DNA of 63,159 nt, counting the filler, from Octopus bimaculoides (Eukaryota), in NCBI RefSeq assembly GCF_001194135.2. It is 4 parts of 4 records of this genome, joined end to end, with 100 filler letters (N's around TTAATTAATTAA, not from the genome) between each part and the next. Parts side by side here need not be neighbours in the genome. Positions count along the whole stretch, not along the records: positions 1 to 25,965 come from NC_068985.1; 3 more parts are not named here. One strand, given 5' to 3'. The notes beneath the pieces are model-generated. The model did not search any database. It saw nothing but the letters and a program-made list of their open reading frames with translations, and was not told the origin of the DNA. The position numbers and the translations under genes were made by a program. Shown one piece after another: positions 1 to 13,915 of this stretch (its first letter is position 1; each line of letters opens with the position of its first letter).

Positions 1-73
1 TATAGTAGTAACAGAAGGAAGAAGGAGAGGGGAAAGAGAGAGATATAGTAGTAACAAAAGGAAGAACGAGAGG
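1..73. repeat. Two ~31-bp direct repeat copies, 42-bp period
   Basis: tatagtagtaacagaaggaagaaggagaggg (1-31) and tatagtagtaacaaaaggaagaacgagaggg (43-73). Confidence 0.8.
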
Positions 74-635
74 GGTGAAAAGAGATTTAATTGTTACACG
101 TGTTACACGAACTTGCAATTCTCAACACACACTCGCACACACAGAGATACGCACGCACACACACACACACATACAAACAAACACACACACACACACACTG
201 AAACAGACACACACAGCGACAGACACACACAAACAAATACACACGCAAACAAACAGATACCTTTTCACCTGCTACCTCCTTCCCCCTGTTATCTCCTATT
301 TTCCGAAACACGACAAATTCTCTCTTCGCTGCTAATTTCTTTTGACGCAGCGTGTGTTTTGGCTAGCTATGCACACGTACATCACAGTTATTTCTTCTCA
401 GCTGATGTTACCAGCCTGTTCAAAATTGTTATCTCTTCTTCGTGACTTATTTTTTTCTTGTAACAAGGCTCTGTATATTCCACAAACTCTTCGGGCATTT
501 TCTCTCAAGTAATTGCTAACTTTGTTAGGCTTGTCTATTTTCATCATAGAATTCATTTACATTTGCTTATCAGTTTTTAGTTCCAATCGTCTTCCTTTGT
601 TACCAAACTTCCTACACTAGGGTGCGTTTTTTTAT

Positions 636-640
<5 letters not shown>

Positions 641-720
<80 letters not shown>
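641..720. repeat. (CA)n/(TA)n microsatellite
   Basis: Direct reading. Confidence 0.95.
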
Positions 721-721
<1 letters not shown>

Positions 722-1721
722 TTTCACACATATGAGTGGCACGTTTCAAATTGTTCTTGCTCCCCCATTTGATTTACTAGTATCTTTATTCCTCCAAACT
801 TGCACCCCTCGTACCATACCAATAGTCATTCTCGCCACCTACGTATCGATTTCACATTTATAACAAAATCTCCCACACTCATAAACCTATGGCCACAACG
901 CTTTCAAATTTTCACACTTCTGCAAATACAATACATAACCATATACACGTATACATACACACATATCCAAACACACACACAAAGACAGCATCCATCGCGT
1001 CTTCCTGGTTTTCACTTTGCCTTTACAAACCCGAGCCTTCTACTCCTTCCGAAAACAACACTTCGTCACAGTTTTTAACATTTAACCCGGTATTTTTTTC
1101 CTTCATTGTAACTGTTCCGTCTGTGTTATCTTTGTTATTGTATTCACACACACACATGCACTCAGATACACACACATACGCATTCGGATACACACACACG
1201 CACGCAGGCACGTACATGGACACACACGCGCATGCACAGACGTACACGGATACAAACTCACGTGGTAGTACGTGCAGGTATCTGTTCTAATCACTAGATC
1301 TTGTTTCTATATTCCCTTACTGAATATGTCGCTTTTATGTAATTGTTTGAATCAGTGACGGTTGAATAGATATCACATTCAGATTGAGTTTTAAAATATT
1401 GATCCTTTCACTGTTATTATACAAATATTCAGTGACATTTTTTGACTAGCATTTTGGTTCTTCTTTCGTAGTTCAGTATAATAATATTGAATTCTGCGAG
1501 ATATTTTACATGGAACCCGAAAAGTTCATGCACATACTCGTTGATACTTTGTCCGACCAGCTTACGAACGGGCATGTTTGTCCATCCTACTTTTCCTTAA
1601 AATAAAACAAAACTTATGTTGTCTTTGAAATGTTACAAATCTTGTATATTTACTATAAACGGTATCCACTTGATCAGAAGCAAAAAGAAAAGGAGATATC
1701 TAGAAACACATATATTCAAGA

Positions 1722-1778
1722 GAACCCATGCTAGCATGGAAAGCAGACGTTAAACGACGATGATGATGATGATGATGA
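1722..1778 (+). mobile_element. 3' end fragment of a retroposon with (GAT)n tail
   Basis: acccatgctagcatggaaagcagacgttaaacgac followed by (gat)n. Short tandem tails are typical of RTE-type LINE ends; family assignment is inference. Confidence 0.45.
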
Positions 1779-3555
1779 ATATCAATAGAAATATGAATAT
1801 TCCGTTTCAAAACTCGTTTGAAAGCGAATGAGAATGTCAAATTCGTATTTGCCAATAACACACACTTACACACACACACTCGCATGCACATATACACACA
1901 CTTTAATAACATTTATTAATTTGAAATGTAAATGAAAAGCCTTGTAGCATTTTACATGACTTCATAATATTTATGTATAATGATCAATTTTCTGCATATA
2001 CATCTGCATGTATATCTTTGTCTTAAATTGTAAGCATTTAATTATCTTGAGAGTTGTTATTTTAAAGAAAAAACGATTGCTTTAAATGCTAAAGATAAGC
2101 TTTCAAACTAGAAGAAAATAATTTCTGTATCTCACATATATAGAAGTTGTAAAGAAAAATTTTCACAATAATCATATTTCATATGTTAAACAATGTAAAC
2201 CTTTAAATATAATATAAAATTCCCATTATTTAAGAAGTTAATAAACAATAAAGATAATAACATTTTCAAAACCTATATTCTTTCCAAACGAATGAAATCA
2301 GGTTATCATGACAAATATTTTGATTCTATATTTTAAGATTTTTATTGTTAGATTTTGATTACGAATAAATTAACTATAAATTCTGATATTTCCCCCTTAT
2401 TGTTAAGGCTGCGTATTTAGCAAAAAACAAAATATTATTTTCATTTTACGAACACATGCAACTTATTTCACATTTATTGAACATTTATAATACCGAAATA
2501 TTGTTACACGCATAGAGACTAATCTTTTTGTTGGACTGCACATTATTATATAATGTTTAAAATAATAATAGAGCCTTCACTTATTAATGGTTGCATAGAT
2601 GGCCATTTTCTGCATTGCAAGCGTATTGAATATTGATATGCATCAGTTAAATACTTTTAGTTCCCTCAATGATATGAAAAAGAAATCAATGAAATGTTAA
2701 TTCTGCACTCTTTAATTATTTAACGGATATTTTTGTATGCTTTTATAGAGTATATGGATATTTATTTCAACTTGAACAATGATCCATTTCCATTGCCGAA
2801 TGTTTTGCAATCGCTACCGATCATAAATACGTAGGAATATTCTCCCATTCCTTAATCAATTTTGCTAATGCCGGTTTCCAAACTATAACTTTACCTCAAT
2901 ATACGCTACATATTTTGAATCCTTTGTGTGTTCCGTATATTTTATCAAATGCAATTACCTTTTTTTCCCCTTTTATTCTAGGTGAGATTTATTTTCAAAC
3001 GCCATATCTGAGCTGAATGCTTGCAGCGGAGTCGACTTCACTAAACGCACCAAAGCACCTCTTGGTGATATTAAACTGGCATAATGATGACATCTACTAA
3101 CCAAAGCAAAGGCCAATAATATCAATACAAGGCCAAATGTCTATGAAACTTTTTAACAATATTCCTCTGCAGACATATTCCTGGAATTAGCGCGCCAAAA
3201 CGAAGACTTTTGAATTTTACCATTAAGCTGTAATTAGCAGAACCATATACACGCGCACCTATGGCGGTGGGCAACTTTGTATGGGGTTCTGATGATTATG
3301 GTTCCATTACAAATCAGGCTGAAAAGAAATAGACAGTCGGTAAGATTGTTAAATTTGAAACCGGAACCTGTTTAATAAAGTTCCTTTTCGGTGATTTTAA
3401 ATGTCTTGCCCGCTTACGTTTTGGTATCACGCTATATTTCATGTTGAGAACAATTTAGGTCTCTTTAGACACAAGATGTGATCTAGTTCTAGCATATGGA
3501 ATGTCCANNNNNNNNNNNNNNNNNNNNNNNNNNNNNNNNNNNNNNNNNNNNNNNN

Positions 3556-3590
<35 letters not shown>

Positions 3591-5483
3591 ACAGCTTATA
3601 TATCGTTCTCGGCAGTTTATATTTTGAGTGTGAAAGGACTTATAAACTTTTGGGTTATTATGTCAAGCAATAGTGTAGCTAATAATTTTGTATGCATACA
3701 AAATTATGGTATGATGTGTTTGTTTTTCCGATCAGCATCACTGAAATATGATATATTATGGTTAAATTATCTGATATGTTTCATAAGTTCTTCAGTGTAT
3801 TTTCCTCTTTCTGCAAAGCTATTTTAGATGAACACTTTTGTTTATTATTTTGATATTATAAATTGCGTGACCGTTTATCCAATCGCATTGAAGTATTAAT
3901 AAACGTCTAAACAAAGTCCTCTAGACTTTTCGTTCTTTCCATCAACTTTTTTGTTAGTTTCAAGTGAAATATAGCTAAGAAAGGAACCATTGCAAGATGC
4001 TGTGCTTTTTTCCATTTAATAGGCGACATTATACATTATCTGAAATTATCGATAATAATATTTCTGATTTAATCGGCATATACACATAGGTTTCAAAAAA
4101 CTATTTTAAGTATGTATAATCAAATGCTGTTGTACATGTTTATCTGCAACTACTTACATTTATGTTTGAAATGTTAAATCTATCTATCAAATAGGAAACG
4201 ATCATGAAAATATATTCATATTTTATAATGTATATTATTATATCTATATTATATTTTATAAGTTATATTATCCTAATTATAAATACAGTTATTGATACGT
4301 TGTCCGATAACGATAATCTAGTATTATTGTGAGCCACTGTAGCATGTAAACAGTAGTGTGCAACCACATCGGACATTTAGAATAAAATATGAAGATATTT
4401 TTGTCTAAACTAACCTTTATACAAGCAGTTACTGCTTATCTGAGAAAACGAAAGACCATTTCCGCTGCTAAGCCTTAAATCATAGGTTTGCTCGAAAAGT
4501 TTGTGCGTAATCCTAAGCAGAATTAAAGCTATTTTTATAGCTGATTGTCATCTAATTTTTGAGAAACAGTCTTTCGTTGATCAGCCAATAATGAAGCATT
4601 GTTGAAAATCATCTACATTGAAAGAAACACGTCTTACTGAAGATACAAGTTGACTACCGCATTGGAATGTACACTCATTTGTCGGATTATCATGAATGGT
4701 TGAATTGTATCTGTTTGTGGATGGGGTAAAAAAAATCACCAAGTTGTTGAGTGTCTTTTAAAACTATTATTAGATCTGATAAGGGGGGAATTTCATAAAC
4801 ATCATCAGTTGTTATTTTACTTAGAAATGTTACATTTTTCAACCTGTAGAAAATATTTTGGGTTTTATTGTACAACATTTACGGTTTCCGATTTTAAAGG
4901 TGATTGCCACATTACCGGATTTTAACACTCTACACATTTCCTGCTATATTAAATGCATTCATTTTCCAAATTAGGTTGTAGCTATTACAAATCTGATAAG
5001 TATAATCTCTATATCCTATTGTTATCTCCGTATTGTCAAATGCGAAACAGTCCTGCTTTACACAACTGACAATGGGCATTAAGTCTCTGTTGTAGCATTA
5101 ATGCTTATCATACTTCACTAATCCCGGAGCATTAGTATATTTAATCCATAATGGTGTTGGATTGCCTCTTCCCAACTATACACGTAATATTTAAAGAATC
5201 GTCCAGTTTGACGTTATACAAGGTATTTCCCGTTCTCCAATTACATTTGAGATTCTCACAATACTATTGTAGCAAAAACAAAAACGAGCAGGACGTTAGA
5301 TGACTCGAAGTAAGAGATCGCGAAAATAATTCAAGGATTGTCCATCTTAAGTTAAATATGTCATAGTCAAACAAAATACTGAAAAATGATTTCAACATAT
5401 TACTTACGAAATTGAAGCTACGGTAATATTCAGGACAATATGAGCAGGAATTATTAGAAGATTTTGTGATGCTGCAAAAAATA

Positions 5484-5580
5484 TAAGATAAATATAAGAA
5501 AAATGTAAGATAAATATAAGAAAAATGTAAGATAAATATAAGAAAAATGTAAGATAAATATAAGAAAAATGTAAGATAAA
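5484..5580. repeat. 22-bp minisatellite, ~4 copies
   Basis: Unit gataaatataagaaaaatgtaa repeated in tandem; explains ORFs 5264..5629 and 5404..5595. Confidence 0.9.
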
Positions 5581-5770
5581 TTTGTATCTTCTCATAAAAA
5601 ATCAATGAAATATCAGTAAACTTTAACATGTAAGAAGCATAAATGTTTGGTCACAATTTAAAACAGATATCTTGTGAATACCAATCAAGCTGTGTTATTT
5701 TTGAAGCTTAATGCATTCAATATCTAAGTGAATTAAAATAGAATGATGGTTGGTTACACTTCATACTGGA

Positions 5771-6070
5771 TCGCGGTTTCGATTCCCAGACCGGGCGTTG
5801 TGAGTGTTTATTGAGCGAAAGCACCTAAAACTCCACGTCGCTCCGGCAACTATCTCTCTCTCTTACTTCCTGTTTCTGGAGTACCTGTAATTCAAAGGGT
5901 CAGCCTTGTCACACTGTGTCACGCTGAATATCCCCGAGAACTACGTTACAGGGGCACGTGTCTGTGGAGTGCTCAGCCACTTGCACGTTAATTTCACGAG
6001 CAGGCTGTTCCGTTGATCGGATCAACTGTAACCCTCGACGTCGTAAGCGACGGAGTGCCAACAACAACAG
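5771..6070 (+). mobile_element. SINE family C, 5'-truncated, (CAA)n tail, 14-bp TSD
   Basis: TSD cacttcatactgga at 5757-5770 and 6071-6084; B-box-like ggtttcgattccc at the start; 3' end gtcgtaagcgacggagtgccaacaacaac; homologous to 10270-10575 on the opposite strand. Confidence 0.85.
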
Positions 6071-7187
6071 CACTTCATACTGGAGATGAAGGTGTAAAAG
6101 TTTGGGAAAAACAAACTATGATCTGAAATATATAACTTAAAGTGTTACCAAATACGGATATCATTCACAAGAGGAACTCTATATATAAGGTAATGAATGT
6201 CTAAGTCTATATCTAGGCATCAACACCCATTTAAATGTTTAATTTGAAAGAATATATTGCTGAGTTTGCAGCGGGGACTTTTGCAACATGTTTTTTACAG
6301 TACCTTCAAACTGATGAAATATTTCAGTTTAAAATCTATAAGAATTTGTGGAAGCTTGATATTATAAGTGTACTGGATATTAACTGGATGGATAAAACTT
6401 AATATCATGTTCCACAGCATAATATGACACGTACGCAGACACAGAAACACACGCGGCCGGCACCACAAACACTCACTGTGTTATAAATGTGAGTTATTTA
6501 GAGTTCTTACATTCATAAACGGAGTACAAATTAATATGTCTGTTGGAAATCTTTATCCTATGATGCTATTGTGAACGCAACTGTAAAACTTAGAAACAAA
6601 TTGGCGCCAGTTCATTTGTTAGTCTTATTTATTATTTGGATATATTTGATTTTCTGGAGAGTGCTTCAAATTCTCCACATGCTCTCTTACGCTGCTTAGC
6701 ATGCGGAACAAACGTTCTTGGTGATAATTAATATGTCGAATTGTCATTAGTCGACTCTTTGTAAAAGATAAGTTTCTGCTTTTTTTTTCACCACTTCAGA
6801 CGTTAAGATATATCAATTAGTGTTACGTGCTGATTTTATCAATAGATATCTAAGAACACATATATAAAGACATGCGGGCGCACACACACACATAAATATA
6901 TAATAAAGTGTGTGCATTGTACGTACAGCAGCATAAAACAAGTTACGGTGAGTTATGAATAACTTCTCACGTATATGTTGAGCGAGTGGAATTCATGTTT
7001 GAAAGCTAGACCATTATATCACCCATATTTATATACTCCTACACTAATTTATTCAATACGACTGGGTGTCGACGGAAATTGAACTCAGTATTTATAAATT
7101 ATAAAGCGAAACAATGAATGTCAGTCATTTTGTTGGACGCAATACTGTCTCTGTGAAAGAAACGCTGTGTATACCAAATAATAACGG

Positions 7188-7335
7188 TTTCATATTTTGG
7201 TGTAATATCAGCGGAAGGTTGAGCCGAATACATTGACCCAGATCGCTAAATTGGTACATATTTTATCGACGAAATGATGTGAGTCAAAGTAACCTCGGAG
7301 GAACTTGATCTCAGAATATAATTAAAAGAAAGAAA
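7188..7335 (-). mobile_element. SINE family A, degenerate
   Basis: Reverse-complement similarity to 57410-57638 (ttggtacatattttatcgac; gtcaaagtaacctcgg). Confidence 0.55.
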
Positions 7336-7380
7336 TGACGGTAAGCATTTTTGGGAAGCATTTAATACATTTGACGGCTT

Positions 7381-7617
7381 AAGGTGGTGAGCTGGCAGAA
7401 ACATTAGCACGCCGGTAGGAATGCTTAGTGGTATTTCGTCTGCCTTTATGTTCTGAGTTCAAATCCCGCCGAGGTCGACTTTGCCTTTTACCCATTCGGA
7501 GTCGATAAATTAAGCACCAGATAAGGACTGGGGTCGATATAATCGATTTAATCCCTTTGTCTGTTCTTGTTTGACCCCTTCTATGTTTAGCCCAATGTGG
7601 GCAATAAATAAATAAGA
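7381..7617 (+). mobile_element. SINE family A, near full length
   Basis: ggtgagctggcagaaacattagcacgcc...gagttcaaatcccgccgaggtcgactttgcc...tttagccc; collinear with 57410-57638. Confidence 0.9.
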
Positions 7618-7626
7618 AACATTAAC

Positions 7627-7910
7627 GAGCTGGGTGAAATGCTTAGCGGTATTTCGTCTGTCTACTTCTGCCGAGGTTGACTTTGCCTTTTATCTTTTCG
7701 AGGTGCCAGAAACGTTAGCACGCCAGGCGAAATACTTAGCGGCATTTCGTCTGTCTACACGTTCGGAGTTCAAATTCCATGAAGGTTGACCTTACTTTTC
7801 ATCCTTTCGGGTTCGATAGATTAAGTACCAGTTGCATACCGGGGTTGATCTAATCGACTAGCTCCCCTCCTCCAAAAAATGTGGGCCTTGTTCCTAGAGT
7901 AGAAAAGAAT
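7627..7910 (+). mobile_element. Two adjacent SINE family A copies (one partial, one near full length with alternative 3' end)
   Basis: Repeated gaaatgcttagcggtatttcgtctg and gaggttgactttgcc; 3' end gggccttgttcctagagtagaaaag. Confidence 0.8.
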
Positions 7911-10269
7911 ACTTTTGCTGGCGTGTCACCTTTTATTATAACAGTTATTACATCACAAAAAAACATAAGCGGAAAAATAATGTGTTTTTGCGCTAATGTA
8001 AGGACATCCTGTTCAACATATTTTTAGAAAGCAACTGAATATACACTCAACTTTAAAAAGATTTCTAATTATTTGTTTAGACTACTCCAGAAAATATTTT
8101 AAAAAAAAAGAAGAGATATATATATCTCCTTAATAACTTATTTGAAGCATTTTAATCACATACGCTAAGAGACGTTATAGACATAAAATGTTCCATTATG
8201 TTGTGTATTGAAAACACTTACCATGGAGATTTGAAATTGATTTCTAGCTTAAATTTTGCTATCAAATATTTACTTTATTTATTACGTTTTATTAAACACA
8301 AATATTCCGATTTTATATACTTTATATTTTCTTAAAGATAAATTAATCGAAATATGAATCTTATATAAATTTTACGTTTATTCGTTTAAAAACTATTCCA
8401 AACTATATGATATAATGGGTGGCCTTGGCGCCCTGATAACAATACGCCTCTTCAAAAGCTAAAACAACTTCTTTAAAAGGTAGAGACACAGTGTACGGTG
8501 TATATGAGGAATTAAGTAACAATGCTTGTCTGAGTGATGGGAATATGAATGAACAGAGGAAGGGAGTCGATGTTCAGAGAAACAATTCGATTTTGTAGCG
8601 AGGAAAATGTGAATTGCAAGAGTGAGTCTCTGCACTTTGTTTAAAATTGAATATCATGAATAATAAATTCGAAAGGGAATATTTGAATACCCTGGAGGAA
8701 CAGAGATACCTTAGACAGACCAGTGGGCACCTATGCAGAGAAAATATAACAGTAGCCTTTCGTTTTCATTTGAGAGTCATACCGAGCAGAGGAATTCGCA
8801 AAACAACACACAGGTATATATATATATATATACTCATATATTAATTGTCTTCATCCCCTTACACGTTTGTGTCGTGAACTTTCTCTCTATTTAATCCCCA
8901 TGAGTATGGAAATTGCTATTCTGCTCTGCCTCATAAGTAGTGACACCTGTTCGTTTGTAATGAAGACAAACTTTTTTACTATTGCTGTCAGTAAATCATT
9001 CCGCATCAATCAACTCTTTCATCTTTATCGAATTCAACCATATTTTTCTACCTCATGTGTTGTTATTGACGGTTTACTCTCAAAGGACAAAATCGTTGAC
9101 GCAAATATATAATAATGTTATATATTAAAATATAATATATAATAAGCGACTTACCCGCCTGGGGAAACGTACAATTTATTCTCGGAAGATTCACAGGTAC
9201 ACATTTATTTCTAGACAGCAATTTCTTTAATGTTGCCGGAAAAGCTCACAAACCATTAACACCGTTTTTCATACGACGAATATATACCCATACACGTCAC
9301 CATCATTTGTCTTTCATTCACGAACACAGACAAAACACAGAAGCATTCATCTAGCACTTGTACTCAAAAAGAATTAAACGCGCGTCCTTTACGAACTCAT
9401 ACGTATATGCAAAACACATACGTGACACGCAAGCATATTATCCACCCGAATAACATTCTTAAATATACAACCCGAGGTCGTCTAACTAAAGCATTCCTGC
9501 ATAACGTGAGCATGTATATATCGTATACAGAAGTACACGCCTTCCCATAACAACCTCAGGAAATTGTGTATAATAAATTTAATACACCGAATTATAATAA
9601 AACGTTTTAAGAAATTTTCGTGACGTAATTGAATCGGAGGAGAATTTCTCCTTATACTCAACACAAACAACAGGTGATCAAAGCTGTTATCTCAATATAA
9701 GACGCATGTTTCTGTGTCGTTACGCTTCATAAGCTACAGGCACGGAAGCTGTTGTTTACTTGCCGTTCATATACGCAAAAGGGAAACTTACTAGCGTATG
9801 GAAAGCTTAGTGAAGCTTGAAATAAGCTCCGATAATTGAAAATAAAGATTTTTACATATATATTAAAATGAATTCGTGGACGAACTAACTCTCTTGGAAG
9901 TGAGATTATCCTGAGGCAAACGTGTGCGATAACCCATGTCGCTAGCATATGAATGGCCCCATCGGACTGTTAGATACGTGTTTCTGCTTCGTTACACCTC
10001 AGGAGCTACAGGCACAAAATACGTCCTTCAAAGCCTGCTAAGAATTGTGGTTCTTATATGTACGCACAAAGACATAACTACAACCGCCTACACATCACGG
10101 ACATGCATTTCTAAGAAAACAGCTGGCACACACGCGTATATACACATAAGGCTTCCTTTTAACCTGCAAACACTGCCCACAAACAGAGAACTAGAAGAAA
10201 CATTGACAGTTACACTCGCATGTATGCACAATCTACTCACTCAAATGTATGGACACATACAAATGAACA

Positions 10270-10575
10270 TCCGTCGGTTGTGACGACGAAGCTCCTAGCT
10301 GATACGGTCAACGGAACTGCTTGCTCGTGAAATTAATGTGCAAGTGGCGGAGCATAGACCTTTAGACACATATACTCTTAACGTAGTTCTCAGGGAGATT
10401 AAGCGAACACAGCGTGTGACAAGGCAGGCTCTTTGAAATACAGGTTCTACTCAGTTTTGGTAGATGAGTGAACTGGAGCAAAGTGAAATAAATTGTCTTG
10501 CTCAAAGAAACAACGCGTCGCCGGGAATTGAACATACGACCATACGATCGTGAGCCGAGTGCCCTAGCCTTCACG
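10270..10575 (-). mobile_element. SINE family C, near full length
   Basis: Reverse complement of the 5771-6070 body (ttgctcgtgaaattaatgtgcaagtggc; gtgtgacaaggcaggctctttgaa); B-box gttcaattcc on the minus strand near 10525. Confidence 0.85.
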
Positions 10576-11296
10576 ATATATATAGAAACATATGCTGGAT
10601 ATATATGCACCACATATCAGAAAATTTTGAAACGAATGCATTTCCGTAAAATAATACACGTATACATGACACGGTTTGGAACAGAATGCTATGTAATGGC
10701 ATACGAGCAGTTATACGCATGCCATCCCCATAATGCTGTTCGTCAGGTTTATTCAGTGCCTAATTTTACATATTACAGCTACTACACGAAATGAGACTAC
10801 ACATCAATATGTGTTATCCTTGACTGTTAAACAAATAACCTTAATGCAAATACATAACAAAACGTGTGCGCGCAGCCACACATACGCGTGCATACGCACG
10901 TAAGTCAGAATATTCACTGCTGAGTGAGAGACGCTTACAGTACATAGGTTTCCCAAATGGTCACCTATCTAAGCATCCGTTAGGTTGCACGTTGCTTAAC
11001 TTCGTTGATCGGACGAGAACCGGTGCTTTCAATGTGATATACGCTGCTCAATTATATTTTTAGCGTTACTGACACATACATGTCACCGAATATATCCTAT
11101 TTAGCATTTTTCAAAGGATTCAGGACAAAAAGGTATCGCTCCGGTGAAATACTACACGGTACTTTCCATTAGGTTTTATGTTCCGTTTTCTTTCATAACC
11201 AATAGCCCGATACCGAATGGTTGAGCGATACATGTTAAAAAGTTAGAAGAAAATATTTCCGCTGACGTTAGTGATTGTAATATACTTGTACACATG

Positions 11297-11303
<7 letters not shown>

Positions 11304-11382
<79 letters not shown>
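11304..11382. repeat. (CTAT)n + (TA)n microsatellite
   Basis: Direct reading. Confidence 0.95.
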
Positions 11383-11385
<3 letters not shown>

Positions 11386-11922
11386 TGATTGCCTCTACAG
11401 AAGCCCTTCACCTTTGTCCGCATTGATAGTTTCGTATAGTTATTTCTAAACGTGAGTTGTTCTAGCACAAGTTGGTGTGGATCTATTGACACAGAAACAC
11501 GTACATGCTTACAAATACACGCACGCACATACACGAAAATATATTTAAGTATATGTAAATACAGACTCTCAGAGCATATACTGACACGCATCGTACATGA
11601 CACAGACACATATGTATATATATAATGTGGATATGTGTGTGTATGTATGTGTCAATGTGTGACTGTATATATAATTACATATGTTTCATTAAACTAAGAC
11701 ACGCATGTAAATCTACAAAACAAAAACAAAAAAAAGCATTTATTTTCATTTGTTTTCAGATTGACATCTAATAATATTCACGTTCAATCTAATATTATGA
11801 ATTTGAGGCAATGAATCACCAAATATTTTCTGAAATGACATCGGAAACAGGAAATATTTCACTCTGACAACGAGTAATGACATTAACTTACTGAAAAATA
11901 TTAGTGTCACATACATACAAAC

Positions 11923-11962
<40 letters not shown>

Positions 11963-12213
11963 NNNNNNNNNNNNNNNNNNNNNNNNNNNNNNNNNNNNNN
12001 NNNNNNNNNNNNNNNNNNNNNNNNNNNNNNNNNNNNNNNNNNNNNNNNNNNNNNNNNNNNNNNNNNNNNNNNNNNNNNNNNNNNNNNNNNNNNNNNNNNN
12101 NNNNNNNNNNNNNNNNNNNNNNNNNNNNNNNNNNNNNNNNNNNNNNNNNNNNNNNNNNNNNNNNNNNNNNNNNNNNNNNNNNNNNNNNNNNNNNNNNNNN
12201 NNNNNNNNNNNNN

Positions 12214-12244
<31 letters not shown>

Positions 12245-13713
12245 TAGTTGAAAACTTTTGATTAACAAACAAACTGACAAGTTGATTATTTTTCAACACA
12301 AAACATGGTAGAACATTTCTTACGGTTGTTTCCGCTTCCAATGTTAGTCGGTGTTTACGAAAGAACTCCGAAAATGATATTCGTCATGTTCATAGCACAT
12401 TCGATCCAGTACAAGGAGCTTCATCAGTGTGGAAGGGAGGAGGGAAGAGGAAAGAACAGGGTCTACAGATGAAGCCAAAAGGCTCAGTATATTAAAATCA
12501 TACCATCTTGCAGCGTGGAGCTTGAAGTCGATAAGCAGAAGAGAGTACTAGCAATGATCTAAAGAAATATTGATCGGTTATTTCTATATAAAGGGGAACC
12601 AGGGTGTGTGAATAGTGATGAAATGAAACTAGTACTAAAATAAACAGGAATTACCAATATATCTAGAAAAAGAGTAGTACTTATGATATCGTGGATTAAT
12701 ATTTCTGCAAAACCAAAATGCATAGATTTCGTGTAATGGTGTACTTACTGAAATATTCTAGAGGCCACCACCTGTTGTCCGTAATGGAACTGACGAAAGT
12801 CCATCCATCTCTACGAGTTTTCAATTATATTTAAACCACAGACAAAGGGAAGATAGTTAAAGGGGAAGACGTAAATAAAGAAGAAAACGAAGCAGTAAAT
12901 AAAGGGTGAGGGCGGGAAGAAAAACTGTGACATAAGCGTTACTAGGCTACTTCTACAACATCCCTTCTACAACATCTATAGCCTTCTACATCTCACCATA
13001 ACATAAATAAAAAAAAGATAAAACGAAAAAGATAAATACTATCGGCCAAACGGCTCTAATTTTCTTTTGTAGTTGAGGAGAGAAAACTTATATAAGAGGT
13101 GCATTCTAGTTTAAGCTACCAACAAAAATAATGCTATATCTTGAATTCTAAGTGGCATGACTGCAGTTAGACAAACCGAGGGGTTCGTGAGATATAGTTC
13201 CTACAAAGCTGCATCTGAAAAAAATTAATCATGTTTTTCATAAATGTTCATGATAATGCAACGACGGCTATTAGCAATATTAATGAAATATTTCCGATGC
13301 AAAACCCTAGCTTGCAATAATTAGTTGAGATGGAATCATAAATCTAAAATTCTACTGGTAATTACTTTGTTCTCGTTGTTTATGGTTTAACTAATGTGCA
13401 TTAATCTGTGATACATCAACGCAGATCTAAATGAAAATTTTAAATATTTTGACACCTATGTCCTCTTGAGAGATGAAATCTACAAAAAAAGAATATGTTA
13501 TAGCGGACATTAAGGTCTTTATCATCAATTCCTCATTGGTGCATCTAAATGATAATATGCCTTTCAAATATAGAATACAAATTAGGGGAAACGACTTGAA
13601 ATTTCCCTTGCAACACAATACATTTAGACAATGAGAATCGGAAGAGAAATCATGGTGAACGAAATATATAATTATCTTTCATTCGTGGAAAATACGTAAT
13701 AGTCCCTTCTACT

Positions 13714-13915
13714 ATGGGCACAAGGCCTGAAATTGTTTGGGAGAAGGCTAGTCGATTTCATAAACTCCAGTACTCAACTGGTACTTAATTTATCGACCCT
13801 GAAACACAAAGGCAAAATCGATCTCGGCAGAATTTGAACTAAGAATATAGCGACGAGCGAAATACTGGTAAGCATTTTGTACAGCGTGATAACGATTCTG
13901 CCAGCTCGCTGACCT
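13714..13915 (-). mobile_element. SINE family A
   Basis: ggtacttaatttatcgaccc...ggcaaaatcgatctcggcagaatttgaact...aacgattctgccagctcgc is the reverse complement of the family A pattern. Confidence 0.85.

Noticed and set aside
11760-11873. Strong + acceptor followed by MNHQIFSEMTSETGNISL
   Set aside because: Stops in all frames and a weak donor; at most a UTR exon, and such acceptors arise by chance in T-rich DNA (likewise 6799, 16454, 17016, 23756)
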